DNA of 64,000 bases. It comes from Styela clava. Lineage: Eukaryota. The translations under genes and the position numbers were made by a program. Positions 1 through 14,385 of this stretch are shown piece by piece. The stretch's first letter is position 1; each line of letters opens with the position of its first letter. The notes beneath the pieces are model-generated. The model was not told the DNA's origin, did no database searches, and saw nothing but the letters and a program-made list of their open reading frames with translations. The stretch spans positions 2,852,001 to 2,916,000 of the forward strand of contig NC_135256.1 in NCBI RefSeq assembly GCF_964204865.1, written 5' to 3'.

Positions 1-138
1 ATGGACTTCACATCTTATTCTCACTCCTAATTAATATTATTAGAATCCTGCTATGATGCAAAAAAAATTGCAAGACACAGCGCGGAAATCCATTAAAGCT
101 GAGGAAGTTTCAAATCGATCAATTTTCTTTTGGTAGCT

Positions 139-579
139 GGGTCTCGTGTAGTCCCGTACCTAACGTACTTCTAGTGGACGTAGCATAACAATTTTTTGAT
201 ATGTCAATCCTAACCCCCATCTGACTACGCCATCGAAAAATTACGTCACAATCACGTCATAGAGCTTGCCAAATATACGTACAATCACCCGAAATGGCAT
301 TGGCGCCGATGATAAAGAACTGACTGGCATTATCGATCTCTCCCCTATTGGAATCGTTGCGACGAGAAAACGAGAGAAATAACTGTTCGATTTCGGGTGA
401 TCGTTTGCTCGTCTTGGATAGCAGTTCGTATAGTTTGAAGGGCTCTATTACGTCACTGCGACGTCGTGTTGACGTAATTTTTGTATGGTGTAGTCAAGTG
501 GGGGTTATGCTTGATACGTGAAAAAATTGTCATGCTACGCCCACTAGAAGTATGTTAAGTACGAAACTACATGAGACCC
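139..579. mobile_element. Non-autonomous DNA transposon (MITE), Merlin-like
   Basis: About 130-bp imperfect TIRs (GGGTCTCGTGTAG... / ...CTACATGAGACCC) and a perfect 8-bp TSD TGGTAGCT at 131-138 and 580-587. GG termini with an 8-bp TSD fit Merlin. A related copy lies at 53151-53429. Confidence 0.85.
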
Positions 580-2837
580 TGGTAGCTCTGGCATATAATA
601 ACAGCAACAAACTGTTAAAACCCCCAGCGCTAAACATAACGAGAGAAAACACAGATATGAAATCAACGTTTGCTCAAATTTGCTCACGACGAACGAACGA
701 CCGACGAACGAGTGACGTCGAGGTGAGTGACGCAATTTTGCGGTCGAAGTTGTTCAAACTTTAGGCGAGAGTCTCTGTATATAAATCATTTACTAATTGT
801 GAGAATTCATACTCCTTTTATCTTCAAACTGAATAATGAGTTGCAAAATTTATTTTTTTGTACTTGATCTTTTAATTTGAATATTTGCTATATCAAACAA
901 TAAACTTCTGTGAATTTTTATCATATATGTGCCCCAAAAGCATTTTTTAAATGTGCTATTTGCATGTGAATATTGAATAATAATAAGGATATTTCAGTTT
1001 TATCCGAAAAATTATACAATATAATACGTAACGCCATTAAAGTCTAATGAAATAGCGTAATTCGAGGGCAGAAACTCACAAGAAAAATTCGAATATTGGA
1101 TTCTTAATTTTTGACACAAAAATATGATATATTCTAAATAATCAAAAAATAACGATGTTATTATATAATATAACCTTCATCTATTCTGGTATTTTTTATC
1201 AATTTTTTATCAGACCAAAATGTTGCGTAATGTGAAAAATGTCATCTGTAAAATATTAAATGTTATTTTTTCAACGTCGTTATGCGCGACCGATTACTTC
1301 AGGTGAGTCGAATTTTTGTCTTGACGTCGCCATTAATTTCCAATTTCGTCACGAAGTCCGTTTTTCTAGTTCTATATTTGATCGGTAAGGTTTCCTAGAT
1401 TGAAAAAGGTATTTTATGAATATTTTAAACTTTGTTAATTGGTTAAATTTATGCCTATTGGTGCGTCATTGCGTCATCAAAATGGTGTGGGCTGGTACTA
1501 CCATCAGATATCGTTGATGACGTGATGCCACCTGCGTAAAAATAGCCTCAGTTAATGTTTGATAGAATCATGGCGCAACCCTTTGTCCTATGTTATTTGG
1601 TAAACACAGAGTTCTTCTCTTTTTCCTGTGACAAAAAGTAAGAACAAAGTTAAAGAAAGGATAAAGGCCAACGCTGAGGAATGCGAAGGCTTTTTTACTG
1701 TTTTCTGGTCTTAGGTTCAGTAGGTTACAGGGTGAGGCGGCCATTTACTGACACTACTCTGGTAATTTTGTAAAAAGGTTAGGTTACCGGTATTTGACAA
1801 TATTTTAGCGGCAGATTGGATTCTCGTATTCTCTGCAACATTCATATTGGTCATTCCCATAAACCACCGGCTGTGTGAATGTCAGAATGTGTAGATCGGA
1901 TTTTAGTACGATTCGTTAATATTTCACCAGAGTCTGTTACAAACGGTGAATTGTCATTTTGACACCTAATATTTCTCTGTGCGATTTGGCCTAAGGGATG
2001 TGTGGATATTTTCGATACCTATAAAATAGTCCGATTCTTCGCTCGCTCGGAATTAAAAAAATTGGTCTTGTCATGTGCCAATGCAGTACGGCACACGATA
2101 CAAATTCCAATAATGTCCTGTCATTTAGTTCAATAAAACAAACACCTCATGTGTCTCACAATTCACAAACAAGGGCCGCCTGACGTAACGGCAGAAACGT
2201 CATATTACGCCATGCTTCTCCCGGTAATATTCTAAATTAATCGTGCCGTCACATGACCAAAGTTGCAGTTCTTTGCTAAAACTCTCAAATGCCATGGTAG
2301 AAAAATTTTCCCTTTGGTAAATCGAATTATTTTTTCCAGAAGAATTCAATGATGACGTTTTTAAATTGTGTTATTTTGCAGTTTTTTGCTCAGCTTCATT
2401 TTACTGTATTTCTACCGATATTGAGGGACAACAATGTCCAGACATCCCCCAAGGAAGGGGTGTTTGTTCATCGGCAAATGGGATTCTTCGAAAGGAGACA
2501 ATGTCTCTAGATCTGTATAGTATGCCGTACTGCAATGTCTTTTTGCGAATAAAATTTATCACAATAATCTTGGAGACAATAAGTTTCGCATACTGCAGGG
2601 GTTATTGTAGGAAAAAACAAAATATTTGTCACGTTCATTTTCAAATCGCGGCAGCGGCGAAACTTTCATGCTTTCTCGCGCTTGCCCAGTCTCAAATACT
2701 GTATGCGAGTAATGTGTATTGTATTTTGTGCATGTACTGTACTGTACTCCTTCTGTTTTACACTGCACGCTCAAAACTGGTTCAAGGCAATTTTTTGGTC
2801 GATCGACGTCTTGGTCACCCTTGCTCTAACTTCAAAC

Positions 2838-3965
2838 CAGGGTTATGTAACCTTTTTAACAGGCGGGCCAAATACAAGTAACTGGGTGAAACCGCGGGCC
2901 GCACCTAGAAACTCTCTGGATACGAAAAACATTCGTACTTTTCATTCGGTATTTTTCTGTTATTTCTTCTTACCGTGTGTACCCTAAAGAATTCTATTTG
3001 CGAATGGGTTTCTGTAATTTATACGAAATTAATTTGTTCCAAGCCCCTTCGTAAGTACGGACGCTGTTTACCTGAAAGACATTAATCCTTCCCTCCACAA
3101 AACTCTGACATAATATTTGACTGGACTAAGCAAAGACTGTGGAGAGTGGGAGGACGGCGGTCGGGGGAGGCGTTAAAAGTTAATATCTGAAGGAGATCGT
3201 AATGTTCGAAAATAAGCACAAGTACATGAAATTTAAAATTTTATTTTATTCATTATAAGACTGCCTTCAATTACGATAAAAAATGAAATAATTGTGAAAT
3301 GTTTTAAATCCAAACGTTGGGGTCGGCGATATTCTGTATCCTTTCAAACTCGAAAACCGATAATCGAAGTTCGCGATATTGGAATGATAAATTCGAATTG
3401 AACATCCGTGCTTCAAGCACTGCATCAAAATAAGCAAATATCGCTACACTACACGCATTTTTTGTTTTCGGATGTGGAAAATCTTACATTAGTCCAGGCA
3501 AGTTTTACGAAAATAATTCCCGTAAGTTTAATTTTTCATATCCAGGGCCATTCGAAGGTAGAGTTTCTACTATATTATGCAAGAACAAAAAGTTGTTCCT
3601 TTTTGTAATTGATCTTACGGCATTGTTCGGGGTCCTAGCAGAAATCCTGAGTTGAATCGCAAAAAATTTTGAAGCAAACTGCTATTTAAATTTATTGTCA
3701 CACCGACTTTAAACGAATTCAGTGGGAAACGCTCTTTTATAACATTGCGTATTTTCCAACAGGATCTTTCTAGCTAGCTTCACTGATATGGCAGTGGCAC
3801 TCGGATACTGGTATATATGCTTCGCAACGCTCCAGATTAATTATTAATTAAACTAAAAACTCGTTTCGCGGGCACATTTTTCAAAATTGGGCTCTTCTTT
3901 GTGGGCTGCACAATTTTTCTTTGCGGGCCGCATTTGGCCCACGGGCTGCAATTCGTTCACCCCTG
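2838..3965. mobile_element. Non-autonomous hAT (Charlie-like) element
   Basis: CAGGG...CCCTG termini, subterminal GCGGGCC motifs, 8-bp TSD CTTCAAAC/CTTTAAAC (7/8). Confidence 0.75.
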
Positions 3966-4217
3966 CTTTAAACTACAGATTTTCGGCCATCTCCAGACAA
4001 TAGTCTTCACTTCCCTTTCTTTAGACATTTTTCTTCAGACAGTATTCAGTTGAAGTGTTTCTGTGTGTAGGACTGCTTGGGACTATAGTTCTTTTGTGTT
4101 ATTTTCCTCATTACAAGGTTTCACGGACATTTTAATCAAACCAAAATTGTTGAAAAATTTTAGCTCATGTAAATAAGAAGCCAAAATGTGTTTGTACCTA
4201 ATTTCATAGTCAGAAAT

Positions 4218-6518
4218 ATGAACAAGCGTTTCCCCGTTGTTTCTAATTTTGATGATTTTGTTGACAATTTTTTATCGGATGAAGAAAGTAGTGATTTCTC
4301 GGATTCTGACGAAATAGACAGTGACGTAGAATTTCATTTGTACAGCCAACTTCATTATGCTGCGGAAAACGAAGTTATATCTGATGCCATATCACTTCAT
4401 AATGAAGTAAGTGTCGTAGAAATATCTGGTATTTCTGCGGATCAGAATGAGAATGCTCGTAGCCAAAATAGGATTGAGCCAATAAACCCACTTGATGGCG
4501 ATAGACAAGATGAAACACCAATCGTAGAAACTTGTTTTTCTGCGGATCAAAATGCCTTTAAGAGTTTTCGTAACCAAAATAAAACTAAGACAATAAATCC
4601 ACTTGGTGGCGATAGACAAGATGAAACTGCAACCTTCTCTACCCAAGACAGCGATACAAGGTTTGGTCAAAATTTCGACAGTTCTATTGAAATCTCGGAC
4701 AGTCCTAGTTCAAAGAATAATCTCATAAATGTTACCCCAATTCTAAATGTCACAGAGGCCGAAGAAACAATTGAACCTTCAATTCCAAGTGAATACAATC
4801 CTGTTTCAGAATCGAAACAGTTCAGCTATGATTCTGACTCTCTTGAAACTGATTTGCTCGTTGAAAGGCCGAACGTTGAGCAAGCCGTTTTAGATGACAA
4901 TTCATCACATAGTTCTATCGATTATATCATAGAAAATGATTTTATTGTTACTGATGAAGTTTCAGGCGATGAAAGTAATTCTGGGCTTGATCGAATTTGT
5001 AGCGGTACTGCGACCCCCACTTTGCAAAAAATTGATGAAAAAAATGATGACAAAGTCTTTAATGAGGAAGATCTTTCTCGTTTACGAGAACATCTGGATT
5101 CGGAAACAAGCGATTTTGTTCCTGAAACTTGGGAAATAGTTGATAGTGTGGAAGATGGCTCTTCTGATAGCTGTGATGGGGGAATAGACCTTCACATCTC
5201 AGAAAAACAAGAGGAACCCGACATGGAAATGGGACAAGAACCAAACGATGCGTGGATTCCAGAAAAAGGCCCAAAGTCATGCTGGAAAATAGATATAGAA
5301 GATACCAAGCAATTTACTACTAATAATAATAATGCTGGCAGAGCAGGGAGGTATTTTGTTGGTAATTCTAAAAATTCAGGAATAAGATGCAGAAATTGTG
5401 ATGAAGTGGGCCACAAAGTGAAAGACTGTACTGTGGAAAAGAAGGGACCAGCATGCTTCATGTGCGGAAACAGGGGTCATGTTGGCCGTGACTGTCCTCA
5501 AAAGGAGGGTTTAAGATACCGGGGGCGACACATGGTATGTAATAGATGTTCTCAAGAAGGTCATATACAAATTGATTGTCCGGATTTATGGAGACAGTTT
5601 CATATAACTACAAAACCTGGTCCTATTCAAGTCCCAACTATACCAGTGCCGCTCAAAAGTGATCCCCAATGCTTTAATTGCGCAGGGATCGGCCACTTTG
5701 GTCATGAATGTGAATCTCCGAGAGCAAATCAATTTTACGCGATGCTAGCGCCTTACGTTCAACGATACGATAAAAAAGCTGTTTCTACGGTTCCACAGGA
5801 TTTAAGAAAGAAATTGAAAGGAAAGAGAAGTTCAGAGTCTCAAGGAAGTTCGCATTTTGAAAGATCTTATGGAGGCAATCGTGGTAACCATGGTGACTTC
5901 TCACAGGAGAAAGAGTCTAATAATAACTATGCAAGACGGAAAGAACGTCAACATATTATATTTGATTCACCTGAACGCCAACCTTCCAAATCCAGAAGAC
6001 ATGGTGTTAAAGTTCAAGTGCGAGAGAGTCGTCAACCGAGCACTGAAAGGCAGAGAATAGCTCATAATCAGCTACGTCCTGCTGACAAGGCGTTACGGAA
6101 AAAGAGCAATAAAAGATCTAAAACGAAGTTTGAAAAAGAAATCCCACAAGAAACAAGTTCATCCACTAGAAAAAAGCTTGACAGAACGTTCAAAAAGCAA
6201 ATTCCACAAGAATCAAGTTCTTCAGCTCTAAACTTTTTTGACAAAAGGGTTGTTTCTTATGAAGTGTCAAAAGATGATGTGCAATTTTCTAAAAATATGC
6301 GAAGCTCAAAGCGAAAAGTATCTTACAAAGAATCTAAATCTCAAAACAAACATTACAACCCAGAACCTAATTTACAAAACGATGAATTTTTTCGTTCAAA
6401 CAGTAAAAATCGAAAATCGAATAATCCTGGCCATTCTTTTGAAAGATCGAATAATAAAAAAAGGAAATTTATTGAACGAGGAAAACCTGATAGAGGTTTT
6501 CGTAGGCATTTTAATTAG
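4218..6518 (+). CDS. ZCCHC7: Zinc finger CCHC domain-containing protein 7 (Air1/Air2-like TRAMP subunit); single coding exon
   Basis: Four CX2CX4HX4C knuckles, the diagnostic WRQFHITTKPGP linker before the last knuckle, an acidic N-terminus and a basic C-terminus. The first ATG is at 4218, after an acceptor-like TTTCATAG ending at 4209. AATAAA at 6585. Confidence 0.9.
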   Translation: MNKRFPVVSNFDDFVDNFLSDEESSDFSDSDEIDSDVEFHLYSQLHYAAENEVISDAISLHNEVSVVEISGISADQNENARSQNRIEPINPLDGDRQDETPIVETCFSADQNAFKSFRNQNKTKTINPLGGDRQDETATFSTQDSDTRFGQNFDSSIEISDSPSSKNNLINVTPILNVTEAEETIEPSIPSEYNPVSESKQFSYDSDSLETDLLVERPNVEQAVLDDNSSHSSIDYIIENDFIVTDEVSGDESNSGLDRICSGTATPTLQKIDEKNDDKVFNEEDLSRLREHLDSETSDFVPETWEIVDSVEDGSSDSCDGGIDLHISEKQEEPDMEMGQEPNDAWIPEKGPKSCWKIDIEDTKQFTTNNNNAGRAGRYFVGNSKNSGIRCRNCDEVGHKVKDCTVEKKGPACFMCGNRGHVGRDCPQKEGLRYRGRHMVCNRCSQEGHIQIDCPDLWRQFHITTKPGPIQVPTIPVPLKSDPQCFNCAGIGHFGHECESPRANQFYAMLAPYVQRYDKKAVSTVPQDLRKKLKGKRSSESQGSSHFERSYGGNRGNHGDFSQEKESNNNYARRKERQHIIFDSPERQPSKSRRHGVKVQVRESRQPSTERQRIAHNQLRPADKALRKKSNKRSKTKFEKEIPQETSSSTRKKLDRTFKKQIPQESSSSALNFFDKRVVSYEVSKDDVQFSKNMRSSKRKVSYKESKSQNKHYNPEPNLQNDEFFRSNSKNRKSNNPGHSFERSNNKKRKFIERGKPDRGFRRHFN

Positions 6519-6616
6519 TTGGTTTAACTACGTTATGCTACGTATTATTTTCAACTGTGAACCTATTTCTTTATTTATATTAGGAATAAATCAGGAGTAG
6601 CAATGAAAGGGTAGAT

Positions 6617-6823
6617 CAGGGCTTCTCAAATCGAATGGGTGAACAACGAATTTTAGGGTTTGCAAAGATCACACCAAATTCACACAAAGTGCTATCGGCC
6701 TATCTATTAAACTTTTTTAGGCGTTCGATTCGAAACACAATTATCAAAACTGGTGCAAAACATAATTTACACTCACAATAGCGACGTTTTTGCGGCCAAA
6801 ATTTTGATAGTTAAGAAGCCCTG
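6617..6823. mobile_element. hAT-type MITE
   Basis: CAGGGCTTCT...AGAAGCCCTG TIRs; TSD GGGTAGAT/GGGTTAAT (6/8). Confidence 0.65.
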
Positions 6824-7537
6824 GGGTTAATGATACCACTGTAATGCCCTAAATTTGATGTGTGCTTTTATTTTATTTTTTTTTAAATTTGCTTAAAGCA
6901 TGTTCCCTCAGGAATATAGGAGGTTTATCTTATTTTTTGCATTAACTGCATTTACTACATTCTGGTTCATCTTGGTATGATTATCACCAGTAAAAATCAA
7001 TGAAGTGCGACTCGTCGGAATAATAATATTCTGTCTGGAATTCGGACTGTTTCTTTTTATGCTGCATTCATTTTAGAGAATGTGTGACATCAAATATATC
7101 CATGTTTTCGTTTTAATTTAGATTAGTGTTCCAAAGTGTGTTTTGATTATATTCTGCCTTATTTCTCTGATATGAACATGGTCAAATCACACCGAACTAG
7201 ACCAATTTATCTTTCTTAAAATCCTATCCAAGTTGCAAAACTTGGAATTAAAATTTTGTGATTTTGTTGTGTTCATTCAATAGCCAGAATATCCTTATTT
7301 AAACATTGCATTACCATTGCTGTCATTTTATGCTCCACTGATTCATAGGTTCGAATGAGTTCTTGAATTTCATTGCTGAGAAACTTCAAAATTTGTGCAA
7401 ATTTGAAGTTTTAATATGTTCATTCTTTACCTATGTACTCCAGTTTTAATTCAATTTACTCCCAGTTTTAATGCATTTCTGATCTAACTTATTTTATTTT
7501 TGATCTAGCTTTATGCTCGTAAACAAATTAAGTTTAA

Positions 7538-8512
<975 letters not shown>

Positions 8513-11500
8513 TTTTTTTCACTCAAGATTTCTGGAACTCAATTATTCCACTATCGGTTTTATCAAGCCACTTTGGATCATATATTTACTGGTGTTTTTC
8601 ACTTATTGTCGTGACTTGATCATCTTTGAGTTTTGAAAACCAAGCGGAACATTTTTAGAAAAACACTTATAATGAAATCTGCTATTTAAATAGAAACCGA
8701 ATTAATTTTTCTACAGATTAGGCCATTCAAAAATTGCTAGGACTATGTATCCATCCCTTTTTGTTACCTGCTATCTACATGGCAACCCGATAACCCTCTG
8801 AGGTCATTCAAATGCAGATTGAGACCCTTTATCTGTCTTTATTCTTAACCTTCTGTCTATACAACAGCCCAATAGCCCTCCATGGACACTTTGAATGCTA
8901 ATTGGTGCCATGTAACCATCCCTACTCTAAGAAAAAGGCCATTCAAAAAGTGCTGTCTATACGGTAACCATCAGTTCAATATGGAGGAGGCCATTAAAGT
9001 ATGAATGCCCTTTCTCAATTAGTCTATCCACATTATTATTGACAGGTTGCGAAAAATCCCCTCTATATGCCGGTAATTACATTTTAGTAAGGTTTGGTTC
9101 TTACCATGTTTCTGATGTATGTTCCGTTCACGGTTTCAAGTAAGAATATTCAAGGATTTCTTACTGTGAAAAAGCTGGGATAATTTAAACAGAATTTTGC
9201 AGTTTTTGTTTATGGATAACTCGCTTTGTGATGTTAATATTTTTATCATTGTTTGGTCTAATTGTCTTTTACTTTTCATCGTATATTTAATAGGATAATT
9301 TAAAATGTAACTCAGAACATGGCTAACCAAGTGGCCATTAACAAATAGAGGACTATGGGCTTATTAAGACCAGGCACTTGCGTCTTACAAGATGTCATAT
9401 TTGTTAAGTTTGAGAAGTCTATTTTGACAGCTCTAACGCTTGATAAATATAAGTGATATTGTTTTTTTATGCCATTTTTTTTTGGTTTGCTTGCAACTCA
9501 ATTCTACTTCTTGTGGCATAACTTTCATAATATTTTGCTGTTTTAAACTGTATGATTTCTTCGAAATGTTTCAATCTGAATCTAAATTTAGTCATGTACG
9601 GTACCATGTACAAATATTGAATTAAATCCAACATTCAAATTCAACAAATTGTCACAGAGGATATAAATGTGTGTTAAATAACTGTAATTTCTAATAATAT
9701 CATAGATCATTTTTTCTTATTTTGGCTTTTCATATTTTGTTAGACTTGAATACCTTAAAAGCATAATTTTCATTGATTGTAGCATTTAAAAATTCCACAA
9801 ATTATCCTTGCTGTTCTATTATCAAACTGTCAATTCCACTATTCTTGTTTACCACAGCTTTCCACACTTATTTTGTGCATATCATATTGTCAAATTATTC
9901 AATGCTAGTTTCAAGAAAGTGTTATTATTAACCGATGCTATATGTGGCAAAATTCAGAGCGTTTGCATTTTTTCTCACCTGGAAAAATGTAGTGTTCCCC
10001 ATTTATGCACATAATATTCTAATATTCATTTTATTGTTACATGAAGTGATATTTCAATATTTGACCGAATTCAAAGCCTTTTCAACTCTTTTTACATCTG
10101 GAAAAATGTAATGTTCCCCACTGATATTTTTCACATGAAGTTCAGATTAAACGGTTTCAAATACTTTCCTGGGCGTGTTCTAACGATTATCACTAGTACT
10201 TTTATTAATGAGATTTTTCATCCTAATTCTGTTGGGATCTAAACCATTAGCTCTAGTAATCTTGTGGTTTATTCAAATTAAATTGTCATCATTGATTTTA
10301 TATTACATAGTGGTTTCATCTGCTCTAGTAAATTCAAATTTTCTATGCCAATTATCGACAAGGCCATGGCTATTTAGGTAGTTTAACAAAGTGTACATAC
10401 CCCAGATTAATGGAATTCATTGCATTCGTATTTTTAAAAATTATCATGGATTGAAACTACAGTTTTATGAGTGAAAATACCCTTTTCAAAAATATCTTTG
10501 GCATTATGATGCTGTTATTGTCTGTATTTTTAGTTTGCTGGTCAGCTTGAATTCTTAAAATCCATATCTTATTGTATCATCATTTGTATTTCAGTGGGTA
10601 GATGATATGTTATATTCTCATAATCTAGATGAGTTGCAGAAAAATATTTTGAACAGGTATAGGTAGCTAAACTAATTTAATTTGCATAAAAAAGTATTTT
10701 CTGGTCCGGACTAGGGATATTTTAGAGATTTTAAATAATGTGAAAAAAATTCTTTCAGTAGGGTTTGATTTATAAAAATGACATGAGCTGATAATTGAAT
10801 AAATTCTTAGGTTTTTCCTAACAGCACTTTTTATAAGTATGGCATGTCATAAAAAAAGATAATACATTTTGTAGCAACAAGACAAATTTTTGCTAAACTA
10901 CCGTAATCTAAAATTTGGATTGAAACCAAATACCGAAAATTGAATTAGACTCTCTAACGCGCAATTTATACCATGTAATAGTATGTAATAACGCTTTGAT
11001 TGGCGTTTCTATAACCTAGCCAGCCCTTATGCTTTACTCAATAATATTTTGAATGTCAATACCTAATAATGAAACGATGTAATATTATGACAAGCTGTCT
11101 GGCTATGTTGTCATCTATACCTGACGTTGTTATCACAATGGTTTCGATTAACAAAATGTCATGCACATACAATATCATTTGATTATATCACAACCATAAA
11201 CAGTAACAGCAAAAACCTTGAATAGCCCTGCTTTTGAGGACACATTTTAATTTCTCATCTGACAAATACTACAAATTTTTTACCATTTGATTGTTTTGTT
11301 CTAATGATGAATAATTTAACATTATACATTTCTTCTGCAATTCATTTTGATTTGAGAACTCTAAATTTCATACACTTGTCGAGTGTCAAATAGATTAGTA
11401 GAACCATGCTTTGTCTGAAATTTTGTTTCTTGAAGTAAGCAATAAATGAATTTCAGACTTACGTAATCGCACCATTGTCAAGTTGATTTTACTCATTAGA

Positions 11501-14094
11501 TTGTATTTTGATTCAACATTTTTCAATTTTCAGTAAATTTTTGAAAACAGAATTCAGACTCTTCTTCTAATTATTTCTATCCCATCAAGATGAAACCATG
11601 GTATCACAAGTTCCCGCATTTTTTTTTAAATATTCAGAGAAAATATTTGAAAGAATGCTCTGAATAAATATATGAATGTAACATCACAAGTCCCCCCCCT
11701 CCCCCCAGTCATGCCCAGGCAAGCATGACCTATTTTCCTTGAATCACACACGGCCGCATATAATTTATGTATATTATTGATCGAAACAGCACTGTATAGT
11801 GTTTATAATTTGTAAATGAATGTGTCCTGATCATCCAACTACAATTATGACTAGTTCTATTGAGTGTTCCTCCCAATCTTTCATTTCTCTGAGTCCCAGT
11901 GTTCTCCTAGCTTAAAAGTTCTTCTATGATTAGAAACTATAGGGAATAATTTGAGGATATTAACTGCTATTAGAATGAATTAAATCCTAGTTTTCAACAA
12001 ATATTTTGCAGGAAGACTATACATTTGGGTCCTGTATTTCTCATATATCATATGACCAAAAAACTTAGTCCCCTTATTATGACTGTTGGCATTAGGTGTG
12101 AATAATGAAAGAGTATTTAACTGACTCTAAAAGAAAATTTTTGGAAGTTCTGATTGAAATTGAAATTATAGTTTTTGCCATCCATATGTAAAAGGCACTG
12201 GGGTACATTGTTCAAATTGAATTATAGATATTGCCTTCCAGTTGGTTGGCCTGCAACCATTATAACCGAAACTATTACAGTTTTAAGAGTTCATGTCAGA
12301 TTCGTAATATTGTTTAAAAATTGCTAGGGGAACACTGGAGTGTATAAGGAACTAGTTTGGGAACCTCTTGTCTAGCATAATTGCTTAATTTCAATTTGTA
12401 AATTTGATTGCATGTATTCTTGCGTATATTATATCTATCCTGTACTGGCGTATTATTATTTGATCTGAATCTTTCTCCGCAAAATGTGTTTTTATTTTGC
12501 TCCAAAATCTGTTTTCCTGCTCGCTGCATCACTTTGCTATTATGTATTGTTTCATTAGTAGCCGCATAAATTTTTTAGTCACTCCCAGGACCTCTGTGCT
12601 TTCTTTTTTCAATATGATAAAGAATTCCACTATTTCGTGTGTTTGTTTCCCTTTTCATGTTTTTTTTTTCAAGTATATTGTACTCAAAAAGCTCAAAAAT
12701 GTTGATTAAAATCAAAATTAGGTAAAATATTTTTCACTGAATATAATTTTACACTCTGAGTCCTAGAAAATGAAATATTTTTGGTTTTTGGAGTGATTGC
12801 TAATAATTATTAGTCCTTGTTACGAATTCATCAAATCAAAATGTTATTTTATTTGGCTCTTAGTACTTATTGCTAGTCTGATAGAGGGATCCCAGGTTTA
12901 TGTATGTCAATATAGTAAATTCTTGATTTTACAAACAATTTTCAATATGTTAGTTTGAATCTACTCAGATTATTTCTAAAGTTTAATTCTCTAATTCTTC
13001 TAATAGAAAATGTAAATTTGATATTCCAGAGTTAAAAGTCTCTTTTTGAAATATATCTAAAAATAGCAAATTTTTTTTTATATTTCTGGAAAATACTAAA
13101 ACCAAGCGTTTCTTATCCAAGCCATTATCTATGGGTTTGATAAATTACATCTCCGGCCCTTGCTCGATAAAATACAGAAATTGCACATACTAAAGCACCC
13201 TTGAACCTCTTGCCCTTATTTCAAATAATTAAAACTGCTAAAATTTATCTTCGGATTTAATATGGTTAAACTTCGACTACACCCGATCAAAGATAAAGGA
13301 ACTCATACTCCTTGCCCTGATATTGTATTATCTTCGACTTTAATCAAGTTTTTCTCTGGCCATACTTGATCAAATATGAAGTAGCATGCCCTGATTTTAA
13401 ACAATAAAAGCTGCCAAGTACTACAGTTGCTATAAGTGATAATTATTTATTGATTGGAGTTGAATGGTTGTTCCATATCATTACATTCTGGCTGTCTGGT
13501 GATGGCCATTGTGCTCAGTATGTGAAATAGTATTCAGAAATCAGGACTGAGTTGGAGCCGCTGGTGGTGTTTATATGTTAGAGTTGCTTTTTATATTATA
13601 ATTATAAATTGGTAAAAGATCTAAGGACTATCTAATAAGTGAGACAATTTAGTAATTTTGTTTAAAGTTTGTCATTTGAAATAGGTAATAATATAATCAG
13701 ACAAAAAGGCTATGTTTTGGAATCTCTGTCGTTGTGTTGTAACTTGTAAGTTTTAACTTCAATTTGCAATTTTCAAGTAGTATTCCTTCTAATAGGTATA
13801 TCATCAGATAAGTAAACATTTCAATTTGATTCCACTGCTAAGTTGAAACCAGATTTTCAAATGCTACGAACTTTTAACCATCATTCATGTAATAATATTA
13901 CAGTGTGACTCAGGTCATGCAAACGATTCCCGTTATTGCAGTAATGTTGTCATCAATTAAATCTCACTGCGCTTCCGTTGTATAGTTGTTGTTGCGACCA
14001 CAAACAGGAGCATATTCTCAAGGGTATATAATAGTTTGATGAGTAATGGGTTTGGAAAATGCTTAATAAAATGTTAGTTTATGCAAGTAAAACA

Positions 14095-14385
14095 GATTTA
14101 GATAGAATTTGTAGTAAGGATGTAAATTATGGCAGACCAGTTTAAACCGGAATAATCTGGATTAGGTGTTTGAGTCATATTGTACCTTTTTATTTTGCAA
14201 GAACAAATTCTCAAGGTATCTCCGTCTCTTATCGCCTGTGTGTTTGTGAACCCGCTTGAGATCGATTCTGTAGATAGGATGGAAATTGTGGCAGACTGGT
14301 TTAAACCGGAATAATCTAGATAATGAGAGGTTTCTGAATCATATTGTAACCTATAAATTGTCAAAAACAAATTGTCAAGACATTT
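14095..14385. repeat. Imperfect tandem duplication (period about 160 bp)
   Basis: Two copies of ...GGCAGAC(C/T)(A/G)GTTTAAACCGGAATAATCT...TCATATTGTA...AACAAATT. Confidence 0.7.

Noticed and set aside
2366-2987. 171-aa and 101-aa ORFs
   Set aside because: Non-ATG starts, no recognisable motifs, and they run into a hAT element; likely chance ORFs.
2991-3006. Partial match to the ascidian spliced leader (ATTCTATTTG)
   Set aside because: Only 10 nt match, with no following donor or Sm site.
11300-11420. C/D-box snoRNA candidate (ATGATGA...CTGA)
   Set aside because: No terminal stem or recognisable guide; such motifs are expected by chance in AT-rich DNA.
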